64,000 nucleotides of DNA, taken from Vitrella brassicaformis CCMP3155 (Eukaryota > Protista > Chromerida). Below the pieces are notes generated by a model. That model was not told where the DNA came from. It worked only from the letters and a program-made list of their open reading frames with translations, and ran no database searches. A program made the position numbers and the translations under genes. Each line of letters starts with the position of its first letter. Within the stretch, counting starts at the first letter, position 1. Positions 61,771 through 64,000 of this stretch are shown here, piece after piece. The DNA is taken from contig CDMY01000410.1 of the NCBI GenBank assembly GCA_001179505.1, forward strand, positions 20,734 through 84,733. The letters run 5' to 3'.

Positions 61771-63153
61771 TCATAGTGTGCGGCTCTGACCTTGGTGTGT
61801 CGATCGATGGTCGTGTCTATGGTGCCTTCCCGTCCAACACGATGGGGCCGATGGAACCGAGATAGGACGCACCTTGGCGGCCGTCAGTGGGAACCGATGC
61901 CCAAAGGGCGCATCGTGGGCCACACCTGCTGCTGGAGCCTCGCTGGTTCGGATTTTGACGCGTACTGCATGCGGACAATACCACAAGTAGCTCCCAGTGG
62001 CCGTCTCAAGTGCCGTCACATCCGAGCATCCGTCGAGGGGCGTATGTGGCGATTGGGTGATGATGCGGTCCAGGTGGCCACCTCGGGCAGCCCTGGCACA
62101 TACATGACCGCACGATACACAGCATGGCTCATTTGTCGTGGTGGGCCGTCCATCCACGTACCGGTCTACGACCACCGTTGGCGAGAGGATGACACCGCCC
62201 ACAGCCAGCCTCCGGTGATGCAGGAGCAGCTGCTTCAGCATGGAACTCGCCGATGCGAAAACATTTCCATCATTGACGCCAAGTGTCGCCCAGCCCACAC
62301 CATGATGCCGCCCAATGCGGCTGCCGATGGGCGGGTCGTGTGGCTTGGCGTGCTTCTGGAAGGGGTGCTGCGAGAGGGGATGGACGGGGCGGCCGGTGGG
62401 GAGGGGGAGGGGCGGGTTGATGGTGAGGGCGAAGCCGGGCTCGTTGCGGATGACCCTGATCTCGTTGTTGTTGTTGCGGAACAGCTCGAGTGTGCCGTCT
62501 TGCTAGCCATTGGGGCGCCGGAGGGCCACATAGCGGCCGACGAGCATCCACTGCGCAAACACACGAGGCAGCGCCAAGAAATCCTGCACCCAAACACCCA
62601 TCCAGCAGCTCACCCATTGCCTCTTCTGTGTGTCGTGCTTACCGCCTTGGTGGCGTGTGTCTGCAGGTCTGCAGCACCCACAGTGAGCGGCAGCTGACAA
62701 TAGCCGCCATGCTCGGCGAGTCTGAGCGTCCCGCCCGCCTCCCGCCAGCCGCCCTCGCCCCCCTCCTCCATCATCCACATGGCCTTCATCACATCGCTGT
62801 GGCCCAGCTGATCGTCGAAGTGCACCACACCACTCACCCCCGCCCGCTCGATGGCCTTCGGCAGCCGAAGGCTGCGGGCGATGGGGCGCACAGCATCTCT
62901 GATGGGTCGGGCTGTCGACTTGAGGTGGGCGATGGTGATGAGGTCAGATGCTGCGATGACGGTGCCCAGGAGCTCGGCGGGGATGTTGTAGAGATGCAAC
63001 AGTGGGGCCTGATGACACACATACAGACACACACGGAAGCGGTGCACATGGCGTAGTCAGTCCGTTTGTGTGTGTGGGGTCACACACCTGTGCGTGGCCG
63101 CCGGTCGTGTTGTTCTGTGTGGCAGAGTCGGTATTGTCCTCACCTGACAACCA

Positions 63154-63189
<36 letters not shown>

Positions 63190-63832
63190 AAGCCGTGTGT
63201 CGCAGGTGTGTGCTCGATCTTGCTTGACGTGTGTGTGTGCAGGCTCACCGTCATGTGTTGTCTGCGCGATGGTGGTCTCGATGGTGTGTGCCAGCTGGGC
63301 CAGGTGGTCCGACGCAGCCGCAAGCTGACGGTTCACGTCGGTGACCATCTGACGAAGAAGCGCCACAGCCAAGACACGACCCAATGTGCCGGTTGGTGTG
63401 CGGCTGTCTGTCTGTCTGTCTGTCTGTCTGCTTTGCAGCAAACAGCACACCTGTGTTGTCAGCTCAGCGGTGTCCACCAGTGAGAATCGTCCGATGGCCT
63501 TGTTGACCTGCACACACCACACAGACAGACACCCAACAGGCAGTACAAGCAAACAAGCTATGAGCAATGAGTGTCTGAGTGAAGCAGTGGGTGTGTGAGT
63601 CGGCTACTTGCCTGAGTCTGGTTCATCTTGAGGATGCCTATGAGTCCGGGAGTGAACTCAGGCTGCGGCAGCAGCTGCTCCCTCAGACGCAACGCAACCA
63701 TCTGCACCACATCGACCGCAGGACGACACAGTACACAGACAGCACAACACAGCACACGTGATGCATGCCGTCATTCACGTGGCCTGGCGGCTTCTCTCTC
63801 CCCATGATCACCCAAGTGGCGCTGAGGTCCAT
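61771..63832 (-). pseudogene. F-box-like family copy 5, damaged at the 3' end (internal deletion plus 1-nt frameshift); may still encode a near full-length protein
   Basis: MDLSATW|MVALRLREQLLPQPEF...; LLHLYNIPAELLGTVIAASDLITIAHLKSTAR; half of the penultimate exon and its donor are missing near 61990; 1-nt loss near 61860 bypasses the canonical LDGKAP* stop at 61819-61817. Confidence 0.7.
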
Positions 63833-63931
63833 TGTGAATTAAGGTGGATGAATGGCACGGCTGTTTTGATGCCTCACCAGACTCAACACGCCTCCATCGC
63901 TGTGCTCCTTGTCAGAAGTACAAGTCGGTCC

Positions 63932-63953
63932 AGGGTTTAGGGTCTAGGGTTCA
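63932..63953 (+). repeat. Short interstitial telomere-like (TTTAGGG-type) repeat
   Basis: agggtttagggtctagggttca. Confidence 0.55.
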
Positions 63954-64000
63954 TAGACCGACGATCCACTGATCTGTGAGACAGGACGGCTGTTGAGTCT

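Noticed and set aside
1-64000. CRISPR array or prokaryotic operon/defence system
   Set aside because: No regularly spaced repeats with unique spacers; the DNA is spliceosomal-intron-rich eukaryotic sequence.
1-64000. Ubiquitous (GT)n, (AC)n, (GGAT)n, (CTGT)n and (GAGG)n tracts as a special signal
   Set aside because: They occur in nearly every intron and intergenic region, so they are a genome-wide background feature rather than locus-specific.

Overview
Eukaryotic, GC-rich, intron-dense genomic DNA. It has short introns full of (GT)n/(AC)n/(GGAT)n microsatellites, four 300-N assembly gaps and an ApiAP2-type transcription factor. This is most consistent with a chromerid alveolate such as Vitrella brassicaformis (inferred from sequence style, not verified). 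About 23 gene loci were spliced by hand. Recognisable products: ankyrin protein (partial), XRCC4-like protein, class IV PLP aminotransferase (plant DAAT type), DUF2358/SnoaL-like plastid protein, two CreA-family copies, BTB-BTB-TLDc protein, F-box+TPR protein, CDC6/ORC1-like AAA+ ATPase, MTR4 helicase with an intronic tRNA-Ile(UAU), CBM20+F-box-like fusion, leucine-zipper+LOV photoreceptor, truncated J-domain protein, TBC Rab-GAP, glutathionyl-hydroquinone reductase, CFAP97/Hemingway-like protein, NHE/CPA1 exchanger, and a tandem-AP2 factor with decayed duplicates. Five copies of a lineage-expanded F-box-like family are present; three are damaged. Best leads: (1) an aureochrome-like zipper-LOV gene head-to-head (80 bp between ATGs) with a starch-binding CBM20-F-box gene; (2) an apparent DUF2358-CreA spliced fusion with an internal signal-like linker; (3) F-box-like paralogs repeatedly placed divergently next to conserved genes; (4) an ApiAP2 cassette nested inside a split dispersed repeat; (5) catalytic-residue substitutions in CDC6 (Walker B E->G) and NHE (ND->NN). 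All domain calls come from motif recognition by eye; no searches were run, and exon boundaries are manual predictions.
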